From Candidatus Portnoybacteria bacterium (lineage in GTDB: Bacteria; Patescibacteriota; Minisyncoccia; Portnoybacterales; GWB1-42-6), in NCBI GenBank assembly GCA_028688325.1, contig JAQTYI010000002.1, positions 76,379 through 140,378 on the forward strand: 64,000 nt of DNA, given 5' to 3'. Shown here in pieces: positions 54,571 to 64,000 of this stretch; the stretch's first letter is position 1, and each line of letters begins with the position of its first letter. The notes under the pieces were generated by a model, which saw only the letters and a program-made list of their open reading frames with translations, was not told the origin of the DNA and ran no database searches. A program made the translations under genes and the position numbers.

Positions 54571-56433
54571 TTACAAAAAATACTTTTCCCACCAGCGCTG
54601 AAAAACTACAAGCTCCCAAATTTTGTTCGACATCCGGGTAAATTCTTCTGAAGAAAAGGCCGGCTGGCTAGAAGAATAATAGCATCCAAGCAGCCTTTTG
54701 ACAATATTTGGATCAAATAAACCGTGCGCCTTAAGGCGCTTCGATAAAAGAGCTTCTTCGACAAAACCGCGCATATTTTTAAAAAGCCAATAATTAAGAG
54801 GCAAGATAAAACCCTCTTTGGGCCGGTTTATTATATGAGCGGGCAGATAACCTTGAGCTGCTTGCTTCAATACATACTTGACCGATCCCCGCTTAATCTT
54901 CAAGCTGCCGGGAATGGTCGCCGCGAATTCAACCAGGCGCGTATCCAAAAAAGGCGGGCGCAGCTCAATCGAATGAGCCATAGATAATTTGTCACTGTAA
55001 GAAAGCACCTGGTCCGGAAAAACACCCTTGAATTCGGCTTCAAGAACCTTATTGAGCGCATCGCGGCTGGTTCCGGCGGCAAAATATCCTCTCCATAACT
55101 TACCGGTGTCGAATCCGCGAATACGAGTCTTGAATTTCTTGCTATAAAAGACTTTCTTTTCCATTTCGCTGAAAACGGATAATTGTGATCGCCATTGCCA
55201 AGGCTTCATCTTTTTGAACCGGCGCAAGATTTTTTCATCGTTCAGAGAGAGGCCAATATCTTTCAGCGCGGCCTCGTCGAAACCGGAGGCCTGGAAAGAT
55301 TCCAGGGGCGAGGCGAGACGATGTGACAAATAACTTCCGAAAAGTTCGTCGCCGCCGTCGCCCGAAAGCGCCACTTTGACATATTTTTTTATGAGCCGCG
55401 AAATGAAAAAAGTCGAAGTCACCGCCGCGAAAGGCTCATCAAATGCTCCGATCACATCGTCAATACCCTCAGGAATCTCTTTCCAAGACATTATATATTC
55501 ATGGTGACAAGTTTTATAAAGCTTAGAGATTTCCCTGGCGGCGTTCAGATCATCGAGTTTGTTTTCAAATTTTTCTTCGTAGCCTAAGCAAAACGTGTTG
55601 ATCGGCTTTTTTGTGCATTCGCTCATCAAAGCCAAAACAAGGCTTGAATCAAGTCCGCCGCTGAGATACGCGCCCACCGTAACATCGCTCCTCATTCTCA
55701 GCCTGACCGAATCGGAAAGAAGTTTAATTATTTTTTGAGCGGCTTCTTTTTCCTCGATTTCATTGTTTTCTTTATATTCAAAATCCCAGTATTTTTCTTT
55801 TTTTATCTTATTATTTGATATCGAAATCAGTTCGCCCGGGACCAAAGAAAAAATCCCCTTAAACATAGTTTTAGGCGCCGGCGTGTGCTTTAAGGACAAA
55901 TAATGATGCAGGCTTTCAATTTCAATTTCTTTTTTATACCCAGGATGGGCCAGGATCGCCTTGATTTCCGAGCCAAAAATAAAATTTCCGCCGCCGAAAA
56001 AATAATAAAGAGGCTTAATCCCTATCTGATCTCTAACAAGGATCAGCTTCCCCAACCGGCAGTCCCAGATCGCGATGGCGAACATCCCATTGAGGCGAAC
56101 CGGAAAATCAAGGCCGTATTCTTCATAAAGATGAACGATAGTTTCAGTATCTGACTTCGTTGAAAAAATATGACCCTTTTTTTCCAGGTCATCTTTCAGC
56201 TCTAAATAATTAAAAATCTCTCCGTTAAAGACGACCCAGACGGTTTTGTCTTCGTTAGAAATCGGCTGACGCCCGCCGGTCAGATCGATTATGCTCAAAC
56301 GGCGCATCCCCAAATTGATACCATCACCGACGTAAAAACCCTCATCATCGGGCCCACGATGCTCCAGGGTGTCCGTCATCTTTTTTATCAACCGCTCATC
56401 AGGCTGACCGCTAAAACCGCAAATTCCGCACAT
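54571..56433 (-). CDS. Asparagine synthase (glutamine-hydrolysing)-family amidotransferase.
   Basis: MCGICGF N-terminal nucleophile and a SGGLDSS PP-loop. Start trimmed to Met-Cys. Confidence 0.85.
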   Translation of the reverse strand: MCGICGFSGQPDERLIKKMTDTLEHRGPDDEGFYVGDGINLGMRRLSIIDLTGGRQPISNEDKTVWVVFNGEIFNYLELKDDLEKKGHIFSTKSDTETIVHLYEEYGLDFPVRLNGMFAIAIWDCRLGKLILVRDQIGIKPLYYFFGGGNFIFGSEIKAILAHPGYKKEIEIESLHHYLSLKHTPAPKTMFKGIFSLVPGELISISNNKIKKEKYWDFEYKENNEIEEKEAAQKIIKLLSDSVRLRMRSDVTVGAYLSGGLDSSLVLALMSECTKKPINTFCLGYEEKFENKLDDLNAAREISKLYKTCHHEYIMSWKEIPEGIDDVIGAFDEPFAAVTSTFFISRLIKKYVKVALSGDGGDELFGSYLSHRLASPLESFQASGFDEAALKDIGLSLNDEKILRRFKKMKPWQWRSQLSVFSEMEKKVFYSKKFKTRIRGFDTGKLWRGYFAAGTSRDALNKVLEAEFKGVFPDQVLSYSDKLSMAHSIELRPPFLDTRLVEFAATIPGSLKIKRGSVKYVLKQAAQGYLPAHIINRPKEGFILPLNYWLFKNMRGFVEEALLSKRLKAHGLFDPNIVKRLLGCYYSSSQPAFSSEEFTRMSNKIWELVVFQRWWEKYFL

Positions 56434-56437
56434 ATTT

Positions 56438-57310
56438 TTACTCCCGCCTATTAACATTTAATCTGCAAATAACGCCTTTCTTTATAACCTCTCTTTGACC
56501 CAAAACCACCCATTTGAACCACAACCGGAAAATATCTTCTATGGAATCAATTATGGCCCCCAGCCTTGTCCCCTTGGCCTCGCCGGCTTTCCTGGGAATA
56601 AAATTCACCGGAACTTCTTTTATGGACAGCCCGTGCCAATAAGACTTTATCAATCCTTCGGGATTGGCAAAAGAACTTTTCGCTTCATATTTTACCGACT
56701 GGATCCATTTGGTTGGATAAAAAGTGATATTCTGAAAATCCGAAAGAGGCACCCGAAAAAGAACCCTTATAAGAAGATAATTGATGACCGACACGACAGC
56801 TTTAAATATCGTGTCGGAGCGCTTGGTCAAGTGCTTAACGCCGAAAAGTTTTAAAATTACGGCCACTGGGGCTAAAAACCTTAATTTTATCTCTACTGGA
56901 CTCCGCCTGACACCTTGAACGATATCGTAGGTTTTTAGATTTTCTAAAAACAACCTCAAGTATGAAACATCGTAACACCAATCCACCATTTGCCAAAATA
57001 AATAATCTTTGGTAGCCGCCTGAATCGCCCGCCGGCTGGAATAGCCAATATTCAAATTCTTATGGTTCCGGAATATTTTTAATCGCGGATTCTTGGCCCG
57101 GATCGACTCGGCGATTTCGTAGGTTTTATCTGTGCTACCATCGTCTATCAGAATAATTTCATAGTCGTACACCGCCTCATCCATCAGGTTTAACGCTCTT
57201 TCCAGAAACTCCTTAATCAAAAGCTCTTCATTATAAGCCCAGCTGAGCAAAGAAACACTCCGGTCAAATTTACCATTTAATAAATTTTTTAATCCGTTAT
57301 CTTTAGTCAT
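56438..57310 (-). CDS. GT2 glycosyltransferase.
   Basis: LLSWAYNEE ... ILIDDGSTDKT. Confidence 0.7.
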   Translation of the reverse strand: MTKDNGLKNLLNGKFDRSVSLLSWAYNEELLIKEFLERALNLMDEAVYDYEIILIDDGSTDKTYEIAESIRAKNPRLKIFRNHKNLNIGYSSRRAIQAATKDYLFWQMVDWCYDVSYLRLFLENLKTYDIVQGVRRSPVEIKLRFLAPVAVILKLFGVKHLTKRSDTIFKAVVSVINYLLIRVLFRVPLSDFQNITFYPTKWIQSVKYEAKSSFANPEGLIKSYWHGLSIKEVPVNFIPRKAGEAKGTRLGAIIDSIEDIFRLWFKWVVLGQREVIKKGVICRLNVNRRE

Positions 57311-57343
57311 GATATTTATTGTTTAAAATATGGCCGACCTTGT

Positions 57344-58360
57344 TTATATTTTTTGCTCCGTAGCCTTCAATTTGGTCCTGGCCAATAAAATTAAATCTGA
57401 TCCCTCTATGATGCCTCCTATCATACCTATAGTCAAAGAGAGCACCCCGAAAGCCAGAGACAAGAAAAGCGCCGATTCCCTGGCTATCCCGACAGAACCC
57501 AAAAAATAAACAAAAGAACCCTCTCTGATGCCAAAACCAAAAAAGGTGACCGGAGCCAAAATTAAGGCGAGGTTAGACAGACAATTTACGACAAAAACAT
57601 CAAAAAAAGAAACATCTATACTAGCAGCCGCGGCCAGCGCATAAATAGCGACTGAGCTGATCACATACATTATAGCCCCCACCGCCACAGCCCAAGCCAA
57701 TAAAAAATAGTTTTTTGAATAAGATCGGAGCGCAAAAAAAACTTTATCTAAAATATCTTCCGCCGGAGAATATATCCTTGCCGCTATCTTTTTTAAACAA
57801 ACCTCTATTTCCCCCATAAACAGCAAAGAACAAAAAAATAAAGCCAGGAGGGCGACTGAGATTATCGCCAACTCGTGATAATAAGGGAATCCTTCAGAAC
57901 CCGGAACAAAAGAGCCAAGAACAATAGACAAAAGTAAGCCGACAAAACCGGTCAAACGATCCATAAAAATAGCGCTCACAAGAACTCGCCTATCTTGCGA
58001 AGTCTTAAAAACCCGATAGCACTTGATCAGATCGCCGGTGACTGCCCCACCAGGCATGATCGCGGTATAGAATAAGCCGATCAAGTTCAGCTTCAAATAA
58101 TAAATCAGTTTCAATTTAGCGCCTAAAAAAGAGGCCAACCGGCGCCATTTAACGGTGCTGATAAAAAAATGCGCGCTACAAATAAAAAATGCAACCAGCA
58201 CCAAACTAAGACTGGTCTTAAAAAAAACTGAATAAAAAACCTTAAACTCTATTTTTAAAAAAATTAAATATAGGATAAGGAAAGTGGCAACCATCCGTAA
58301 AAAAAAGAGAGTTTTATTTTTTTGTTCTTTTTGTTTCAAAAACATACATATAAGCCCCAA
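57344..58360 (-). CDS. Flippase-like (UPF0104) membrane protein, second copy.
   Basis: 8 TM helices, same architecture as 40808-41716. Confidence 0.5.
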   Translation of the reverse strand: MGLICMFLKQKEQKNKTLFFLRMVATFLILYLIFLKIEFKVFYSVFFKTSLSLVLVAFFICSAHFFISTVKWRRLASFLGAKLKLIYYLKLNLIGLFYTAIMPGGAVTGDLIKCYRVFKTSQDRRVLVSAIFMDRLTGFVGLLLSIVLGSFVPGSEGFPYYHELAIISVALLALFFCSLLFMGEIEVCLKKIAARIYSPAEDILDKVFFALRSYSKNYFLLAWAVAVGAIMYVISSVAIYALAAAASIDVSFFDVFVVNCLSNLALILAPVTFFGFGIREGSFVYFLGSVGIARESALFLSLAFGVLSLTIGMIGGIIEGSDLILLARTKLKATEQKI

Positions 58361-58366
58361 CAGCCA

Positions 58367-59020
58367 CTATTGATCTCGCTTCTTAACCGCGATATAAACA
58401 TTGGCGTAGACCGCTGGTTCTCCTTTTATCCTGCCGTCCAGCCAAGCCGCCAATTTTTGACTCCAACGCAAAAACCTATTAGCCCAAGGCCCTTGTTTTT
58501 TTTCTTTATAGGCCTTAAAACGGCTAAAAAAAGACAATCGGACCAGTTCTTTAAGCGTAGTAAAGAATTTTCCGTAAGATTCGCACTCTAAAATTTCAAA
58601 ACCGGCGTTCCGAAACAAAGATATTAACCCGTCTTTGGTGTAGCGAAAATAATCTTTGGGGTCGGGATGATAGGGCGCCAAGAATGGGCATGATAAAACA
58701 CATATTCCGCCACTCTTTAATACCCGGAATATCTCCTCTATCATTACCCATGGCTTCTCAACATGCTCTAAAACTTGGGTCGAAATGACCGTATCAAAAG
58801 AGCCGTCTTCAAACGGCAAAGCCAAAACATCCCCCACCACATCTATATGTTCGCCCGGGAACATATCTAAAGCGATGTATTCGGTCGCTTTGTCTTTTAT
58901 AATATCGCGGTATTTGGCCGAACCCGCCCCCAAATCCAAGGTCCGTCCGACAATGAAACGGGTAAAATATTGGACCGCTTCCTTGGTTTGAGTTATATTT
59001 TTATCGTTAATTTTTTTCAT
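58367..59020 (-). CDS. Class I SAM-dependent methyltransferase.
   Basis: TLDLGAGSAKY motif I; VLKSGGICVL. Confidence 0.7.
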   Translation of the reverse strand: MKKINDKNITQTKEAVQYFTRFIVGRTLDLGAGSAKYRDIIKDKATEYIALDMFPGEHIDVVGDVLALPFEDGSFDTVISTQVLEHVEKPWVMIEEIFRVLKSGGICVLSCPFLAPYHPDPKDYFRYTKDGLISLFRNAGFEILECESYGKFFTTLKELVRLSFFSRFKAYKEKKQGPWANRFLRWSQKLAAWLDGRIKGEPAVYANVYIAVKKRDQ

Positions 59021-59708
59021 TTTCGCAGACCAAAAAATTCAAGAATGACCAGTTAGGCCAGGCAAAAATATTTAAAATTCGGTGCCAACCGACCATACGG
59101 CTCGGGAAAAAATAAGTCAGCAAAGAAGAAACGGGAAAGGTCGGAAAAAGACCCCGCCTTTTTTTTATCGTGAACTTAAATTCCCTCAGAAGCTCCAAGT
59201 ATTCGGCGATCGGACGGTCGCTGATATGGCGCTTCGCCTCGGAGGTCCTGATGAGCCGGCCCAGAAAGAAAAAAGTGAACCGGGAAGCAAAATGCGCCAA
59301 ATTGGACAAAGTCAGGATCAAAGTTCCGCCCGGCTTTAATATCCTCTTTATTTCTTTCAGCGCCGCTTCCTGGTCTTCAAAAGATAGATGTTCTAACACG
59401 CAAAGACACAGCGCTGTGTCAAAGCTGTTATCGGCAAATCCCGTTCGCGTGAGGCCGCGTTTTAAAACAAATTCGGATTCGTAATTCAGGTCCAGCCCGA
59501 CAATATCATATCCCCTTTCTTTGAACTTCTCCACTAAAACCCCTTCCCCGCAACCCAAGTCAATGATCTTCCGGCTTTTATCCAAACTCGTTAAGGTTTT
59601 TTCCACCAATCTCATCTTGGCCACATACACGGGAAAAAACCGCCAGTCATTATCGAGGTTCTTATGGTAATCGCCTTTTTCCAGATATTCGTTCTCTCTA
59701 TTAGCCAT
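59007..59708 (-). CDS. Class I SAM-dependent methyltransferase.
   Basis: IIDLGCGEGVL motif I; LKPGGTLILT. Confidence 0.7.
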   Translation of the reverse strand: MANRENEYLEKGDYHKNLDNDWRFFPVYVAKMRLVEKTLTSLDKSRKIIDLGCGEGVLVEKFKERGYDIVGLDLNYESEFVLKRGLTRTGFADNSFDTALCLCVLEHLSFEDQEAALKEIKRILKPGGTLILTLSNLAHFASRFTFFFLGRLIRTSEAKRHISDRPIAEYLELLREFKFTIKKRRGLFPTFPVSSLLTYFFPSRMVGWHRILNIFAWPNWSFLNFLVCENEKN

Positions 59709-59730
59709 TGTTAATCATCTTACCAAAAAC

Positions 59731-59759
59731 TTGTAAAAAATCAAAATTTTTAGTATTAT
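59731..59759 (+). promoter_or_regulatory. Candidate promoter for the plus-strand GT2/DegT/rSAM operon (TTGTAA-17-TATTAT), in the divergent intergenic region.
   Basis: ttgtaa aaaatcaaaatttttag tattat. Confidence 0.5.
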
Positions 59760-59793
59760 TAGCATATCTTAATCCGTTGATTTTTATATCATC

Positions 59794-60747
59794 ATGGCAA
59801 ACGAAATCTATCTTTCTCTGGTCTCTCCGGTCTGCAACGAAGAGCCCAGTCTGAAAGAACTCTACGCGAAAATTAAAAAAGCTCTCGGCGCCATTGATAA
59901 AAAGTCCGAGATAATTTTTGTTGACGACGGCTCTTCCGATAACAGCTTCCGCCTGCTGCGGGAGCTGGCCGCCAACGACGATGGCGTAAAGATCGTCCGC
60001 TTCATCCGGAACTATGGCCAAACCGCGGCCTTGGCGGCCGGGTTTGATCTGGCCCAAGGCGAGGTCATAATCCAGATGGATGCCGATCTGCAAGATGACC
60101 CAGAGGATATTCCCAGGTTTTTAGAAAAGATCAACGAGGGCTACGACCTGGTGGTCGGCTGGCGGAAGAACCGGCAGGACCGGTACCTGACCAAAACCTT
60201 ACCCTCAAAGATCGCCAACGCCATCATTTCCCGGATCACCAAAGTTAAGCTCCATGATTATGGCTCTCCCATGAAAGCTTACCGGAGCGGGATATTAAAA
60301 AATATATCTCTCTATGGAGAGATGCACCGCTTCATCCCCGCTTATATGGCCTGGCACGGCGCCAAGATCATTGAGATAGAAGCCACGCATCACGCGCGGC
60401 AGTTCGGCCAAACCAAATACACCCTCTGGAAGACCTTTAAGGTCATCTTAGATGTCATCACGGTAAAATTTCTGCTTAACTACATTAACCGGCCTATGCA
60501 TTTTTTTGGCGGCGCGGGCTTTTTTGCTTTGGCCGCCAGCTTTTTAACCCTGGCCGCGGCCCTGATCCTCAAATTCGGCTATCAATTCAACCTAAATCGC
60601 AATCCGCTCCTGCTCATTTCGGTTTTCTTAGCTATCGTCGGCGTGATGTTCATTCTGCTTGGCCTGCTGGCTGAAATATTAGTCCGGGTATATTTTGCCG
60701 CCCAGAATAAGCAAAGCTATATCGTCAAAGAAAAAATAAATCTATAA
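59794..60747 (+). CDS. GT2 polyprenyl-phosphate glycosyltransferase (DPM1/ArnC-like) with C-terminal TM helices.
   Basis: LSLVSPVCNEE ... FVDDGSSDNS ... MDADLQDDP. Confidence 0.8.
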   Translation: MANEIYLSLVSPVCNEEPSLKELYAKIKKALGAIDKKSEIIFVDDGSSDNSFRLLRELAANDDGVKIVRFIRNYGQTAALAAGFDLAQGEVIIQMDADLQDDPEDIPRFLEKINEGYDLVVGWRKNRQDRYLTKTLPSKIANAIISRITKVKLHDYGSPMKAYRSGILKNISLYGEMHRFIPAYMAWHGAKIIEIEATHHARQFGQTKYTLWKTFKVILDVITVKFLLNYINRPMHFFGGAGFFALAASFLTLAAALILKFGYQFNLNRNPLLLISVFLAIVGVMFILLGLLAEILVRVYFAAQNKQSYIVKEKINL

Positions 60748-61997
60748 TGCGCTTTTTTTCCAAGCTCCCCAGAGCCAAGGCCTATTTGAAATTATCAGAA
60801 TTGCTGATGATTTTTTTAAAGATACTGTCCACCAAGCTTCAGGCCGGCGAAAAAACGATAGCCTGGGAAGCGGCCTTCAGTGAGCGCCTGGGCTCCACCG
60901 GCGCTCTTTGTTTATCCCGGGCCCGGTTAGCCTTATTTTTTTTACTGAAAAATCTGGGCCTGCCGGCGGGCAGCGAAATCATTATGACCCCCCTGACCAT
61001 CGCCGATATGGTCAACGCGGTGCGCTGGGCGAAGTTGAAGCCGGTTTTTTGCGACTTGGGCGTCAATACCTATAATATCGACTACCGGATGCTGCGCCAA
61101 CTCATTACTCCGCGCACCCGCATCCTTTTTATCACCCACCTGAATGGCCTGGCCACGGATATGGACGAGATAATGGCCATCGCCCGCCAGCATAGTTTGA
61201 TAGTTATTGAAGACGCCTCTCAAGCCTTGGGCGCCGCTTTCAAAGGTAAAACGCTGGGAACGTTCGGGCTGGCCGGTATCTTCAGCCTATCTTTCATGAA
61301 AACCTGCTGCACTCTTTTTGGCGGAATGATAATTTCCGATGACCGCGAGCTCCTGAAAAAAATCCGCCAAGAAACCAGAAATTTTCCGGCACCCGGCAGA
61401 GTCTCTTTATTGAAAGAAACTATCAGGAATATTATAATTTATCTGGCCACCAACCGTTTTGTTTTTTCGCTGGGCACCTATTATTTCATAAAATTTTCCG
61501 GCCGCCTGGTCGCCAAATTCATTAAGAGCAATCCACCGGCCGAATTGACCGACGAGCCGCCAAAAAAGCTTCTTTGCTCTTATACCGATTGCCAAGCCGA
61601 GCTGGGGCTAAAAATATTAAAGCGCTTATCAGCGGAGGATGGGCAAAGAATAAAAAATGTTGAAGCCTTGACCGCCGCGCTCTCCGGTGAAGCAAAAAAA
61701 TATCTTCCGCTTATACTGCCGGAAACTAAAAATGTTTTTTGGCGCCTGCCCTTCCAGACCAACGATCCGATAAATTTCCAAAAATACTTGCTGAAGAATT
61801 ATATCGATAGCGCCAGTACCAATCTGATCGTGGCCACGGAAGAGGAAGCCTTCAAAGAATACGCCGGCCAACCCGCGCCCAACGCCCAACTCGCCCACCA
61901 AACAATATTCCTGCCTGTCCACTCCTCTTTCAGCGCCAACGATATGAGATTCCTGGCGCGAATTCTAAATAATTATACCGGCCAAAACCGAGCCTAA
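60747..61997 (+). CDS. DegT/DnrJ/EryC1-family aminotransferase-like protein.
   Basis: IIMTPLT ... IVIEDASQALGA ... FSLSFMKTC (PLP lysine). Confidence 0.6.
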   Translation: MRFFSKLPRAKAYLKLSELLMIFLKILSTKLQAGEKTIAWEAAFSERLGSTGALCLSRARLALFFLLKNLGLPAGSEIIMTPLTIADMVNAVRWAKLKPVFCDLGVNTYNIDYRMLRQLITPRTRILFITHLNGLATDMDEIMAIARQHSLIVIEDASQALGAAFKGKTLGTFGLAGIFSLSFMKTCCTLFGGMIISDDRELLKKIRQETRNFPAPGRVSLLKETIRNIIIYLATNRFVFSLGTYYFIKFSGRLVAKFIKSNPPAELTDEPPKKLLCSYTDCQAELGLKILKRLSAEDGQRIKNVEALTAALSGEAKKYLPLILPETKNVFWRLPFQTNDPINFQKYLLKNYIDSASTNLIVATEEEAFKEYAGQPAPNAQLAHQTIFLPVHSSFSANDMRFLARILNNYTGQNRA

Positions 61998-62001
61998 AAA
62001 T

Positions 62002-63099
62002 ATGCTTAAACAGCTTAAACGCCAGTACCATAATATTTTCAAAATCGGCGCGGTTTCCCCCTGGCCGCTGCTACGCAACGGCCTGACCTTTCCTTTCCGC
62101 TATAAATTCAATCTGGACTCCAAACCCGTCAACATCATCTGGGACATCACTTATCGCTGCAACCTCAATTGCCATTATTGTTTTTTTGCCGTCAGCCGAC
62201 CGCTAAAAAAAGAGGTTGAGTTGCCGACCGAAAAAATAATCAAATTCGTCTCGCAAGTTGCCAAATATAAGCCCAGTTTTTATTTTACCGGCGGCGAACC
62301 GCTGCTGCGACCGGACCTGGAAAAAATAATCGCGGCCATCCGCGCCAATAAAATGAAGGTCGGCCTGAACACCAACGCCACTTTAATGACCCGCGAGCGC
62401 CTGCTTAGCATGGATAAAGCCGGTTTGAACTACATCATCGTTTCGCTCGACCCGAACAAAGAAACAACGGATAAAGCGCGCGGAGCGGGTGTCTACGACA
62501 AAGCCCTGCAAACCATCAAGATGGCCAAAGAGATGAATTTGCGAGTCCGCCTGACGGTTAACTGCGTGGTGGACGAAACCAATTTCCAATATTTGGACGG
62601 CTTCCTGGACATGATCGAAACGCTCAATGTTGACGCGCTGAAATTATCATTTGTGCATTTCAGCGCCGGCGCCGAGATAAAGAACCATGTGGCCGATTGC
62701 GCGCGTCGGCTCGGGATCGACGCCAATTGGGCGCCCGATTGTTTTCAAAAAGAAATCCCGGGTTTTGGCGAAGAGATTGCCGCCAAAATCCGATCCCTCA
62801 TGCCAAAGATCAAACGAATGAAAACACCGGTATCTTTCAACCCCAATCTCAGCGAAAAAGAAACCGTTAACTGGTTCAACTCCGCCAAGCCCTTGAACCG
62901 AAAATGCCTTTTCATTTTCAATGTGGTCCGGTTGTCGCCCAACGGCGATATTTATCCCTGCCAGCTCGTCAACCACCCGGTCGGCAACATCACGCAAGGC
63001 GATTTTCTTAAAATTTACAATAATCAATTCTATAAGACCCTGCGCCGAGAATTCAAAAAGGCGCCCTTCCCCGCCTGCTTGCGCTGCAACAAACAATAA
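62002..63099 (+). CDS. Radical SAM / SPASM-domain enzyme.
   Basis: DITYRCNLNCHYCF and a C-terminal CxxC ... CLRC region. Confidence 0.75.
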   Translation: MLKQLKRQYHNIFKIGAVSPWPLLRNGLTFPFRYKFNLDSKPVNIIWDITYRCNLNCHYCFFAVSRPLKKEVELPTEKIIKFVSQVAKYKPSFYFTGGEPLLRPDLEKIIAAIRANKMKVGLNTNATLMTRERLLSMDKAGLNYIIVSLDPNKETTDKARGAGVYDKALQTIKMAKEMNLRVRLTVNCVVDETNFQYLDGFLDMIETLNVDALKLSFVHFSAGAEIKNHVADCARRLGIDANWAPDCFQKEIPGFGEEIAAKIRSLMPKIKRMKTPVSFNPNLSEKETVNWFNSAKPLNRKCLFIFNVVRLSPNGDIYPCQLVNHPVGNITQGDFLKIYNNQFYKTLRREFKKAPFPACLRCNKQ

Positions 63100-63104
63100 T
63101 CCCA

Positions 63105-64000
63105 TGACAAACCAACCAAAAATAATTTTTACCCGCCCCTTGCTAACCCCGGAAGAGATGTACGGAGAGCTGGCCAGCGCCGGCGCGGCCGAGGCCTCAG
63201 TGGGCCTTTGTTCTTTAGCAGCCGCCACCCGGCAAGCCGGTTTTGGCACCCAAATAATCGACGCAGTCGCTTTAAATTTGAAAAATGACGAGCTGGCCGC
63301 TCAGATTGTGGCCGCCGCACCGGATTTTGTCGGCATTTCAGTGGTCACGCTAGCCGCCTATAACGCCGGCGACCTGGCCGAAAAAATAAAAAAATTAAAT
63401 CCCGAAATCATCACTCTGATCGGCGGCGTCCATATCACTTCCGTGCCGGAAGAGACCATGAAGCGCTTTCCCGCTTTTGATATCGGCATCATCGGCGAAG
63501 CGGAAATCACGATTGCGGAGTTATTAAAGGCCTTGCGCGATAAACGAAAATTAGCCGATATTCCCGGGCTGGTCCTTCGCCAAGAAGGCGCTCTGATAAA
63601 AACTCCCAAAAGAGAGTTCATCAAAGACCTTGATTCCTTGCCGCTGCCGGCTTGGGACCTCCTGCCCGATCTCCACCAATACTACAAGCCGCCGGCTTGG
63701 AGCTTGAACCAGGATACTTCCATGCTAATTATTTCTTCCCGCGGCTGTTCCAACGCCTGTATTTATTGCGACCGGGGCTGTTTTGGCACATTCGTGCGCA
63801 TCCACAGCGCCGACTATGTTTTTAAGATGATAAAAGACCTCTACGAAAACTACGGCGTTAAGCAGTTCCGCATCAACGACGATAATTTTATCCTTTTTAA
63901 ATCTCGGACCCGAGAAATTTGTCATAAAATAATTGAATCCAAGCTCCCCATCAAGTGGTCCTGTTTTGGCCGGGCCGACTCGGTGGAACCGGAAATGCTG
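63105..64000 (+). CDS. B12-binding-domain radical SAM enzyme, partial (3' end beyond the window).
   Basis: ATG at 63105; N-terminal B12-binding-like region, then SSRGCSNACIYCD; frame open to the window end. Confidence 0.7.

Noticed and set aside
54571-56457. Longer AsnB-like ORF starting at MLIGGSKNMCGICGF, and longer methyltransferase ORFs overlapping their neighbours.
   Set aside because: Glutamine amidotransferase class II enzymes need Cys directly after the initiator Met. The internal Met-Cys start removes the overlap. Similar start trimming was applied to 53549-54619 and 14978-15358.
1-64000. tRNA or rRNA genes.
   Set aside because: Scanning the intergenic regions for T-loop (GGTTCGANTCC-type) and acceptor features found nothing convincing. 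No rRNA-like conserved stretches were seen.

Overview
This 64 kb window reads as a compact, gene-dense bacterial chromosome segment of about 45-50% GC. Most of it is housekeeping genes on the minus strand: alaS, mnmA, efp, secDF, secA, murB, hpf, rdgB, two NUDIX genes, and a pdaD-speB cluster with two deoxyhypusine-synthase-like paralogs. The second half (about 32.7-64.0 kb) is one very large cell-surface glycan tailoring locus with 8 radical-SAM enzymes (5 B12-binding, 3 SPASM), 5 SAM-dependent methyltransferases, 3 DPM1/ArnC-like GT2, 2 flippase-like UPF0104 proteins, GT-C-like membrane transferases, DegT, RfbB, WbqC, a carbamoyltransferase and an AsnB-like amidotransferase. The gene repertoire (a sigma-region-4 plus HARE-HTH protein, a VirD4/TraD-like ATPase with a membrane partner, a PaaX/Cas2-like small regulator) suggests a Patescibacteria/CPR-like lineage; this is inference only. 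The most unusual sequence-level signal is a set of GC-rich palindromic repeat families inserted in frame into essential genes (alaS, secA, mnmA) and also present between genes. There is also a trio of long perfect AT-rich palindromes, with compensatory arm substitutions, that bracket a small two-gene island next to the secA promoter. Canonical sigma70-like promoters and Rho-independent terminators are readable at several gene boundaries. I found no CRISPR array, no tRNA and no rRNA.
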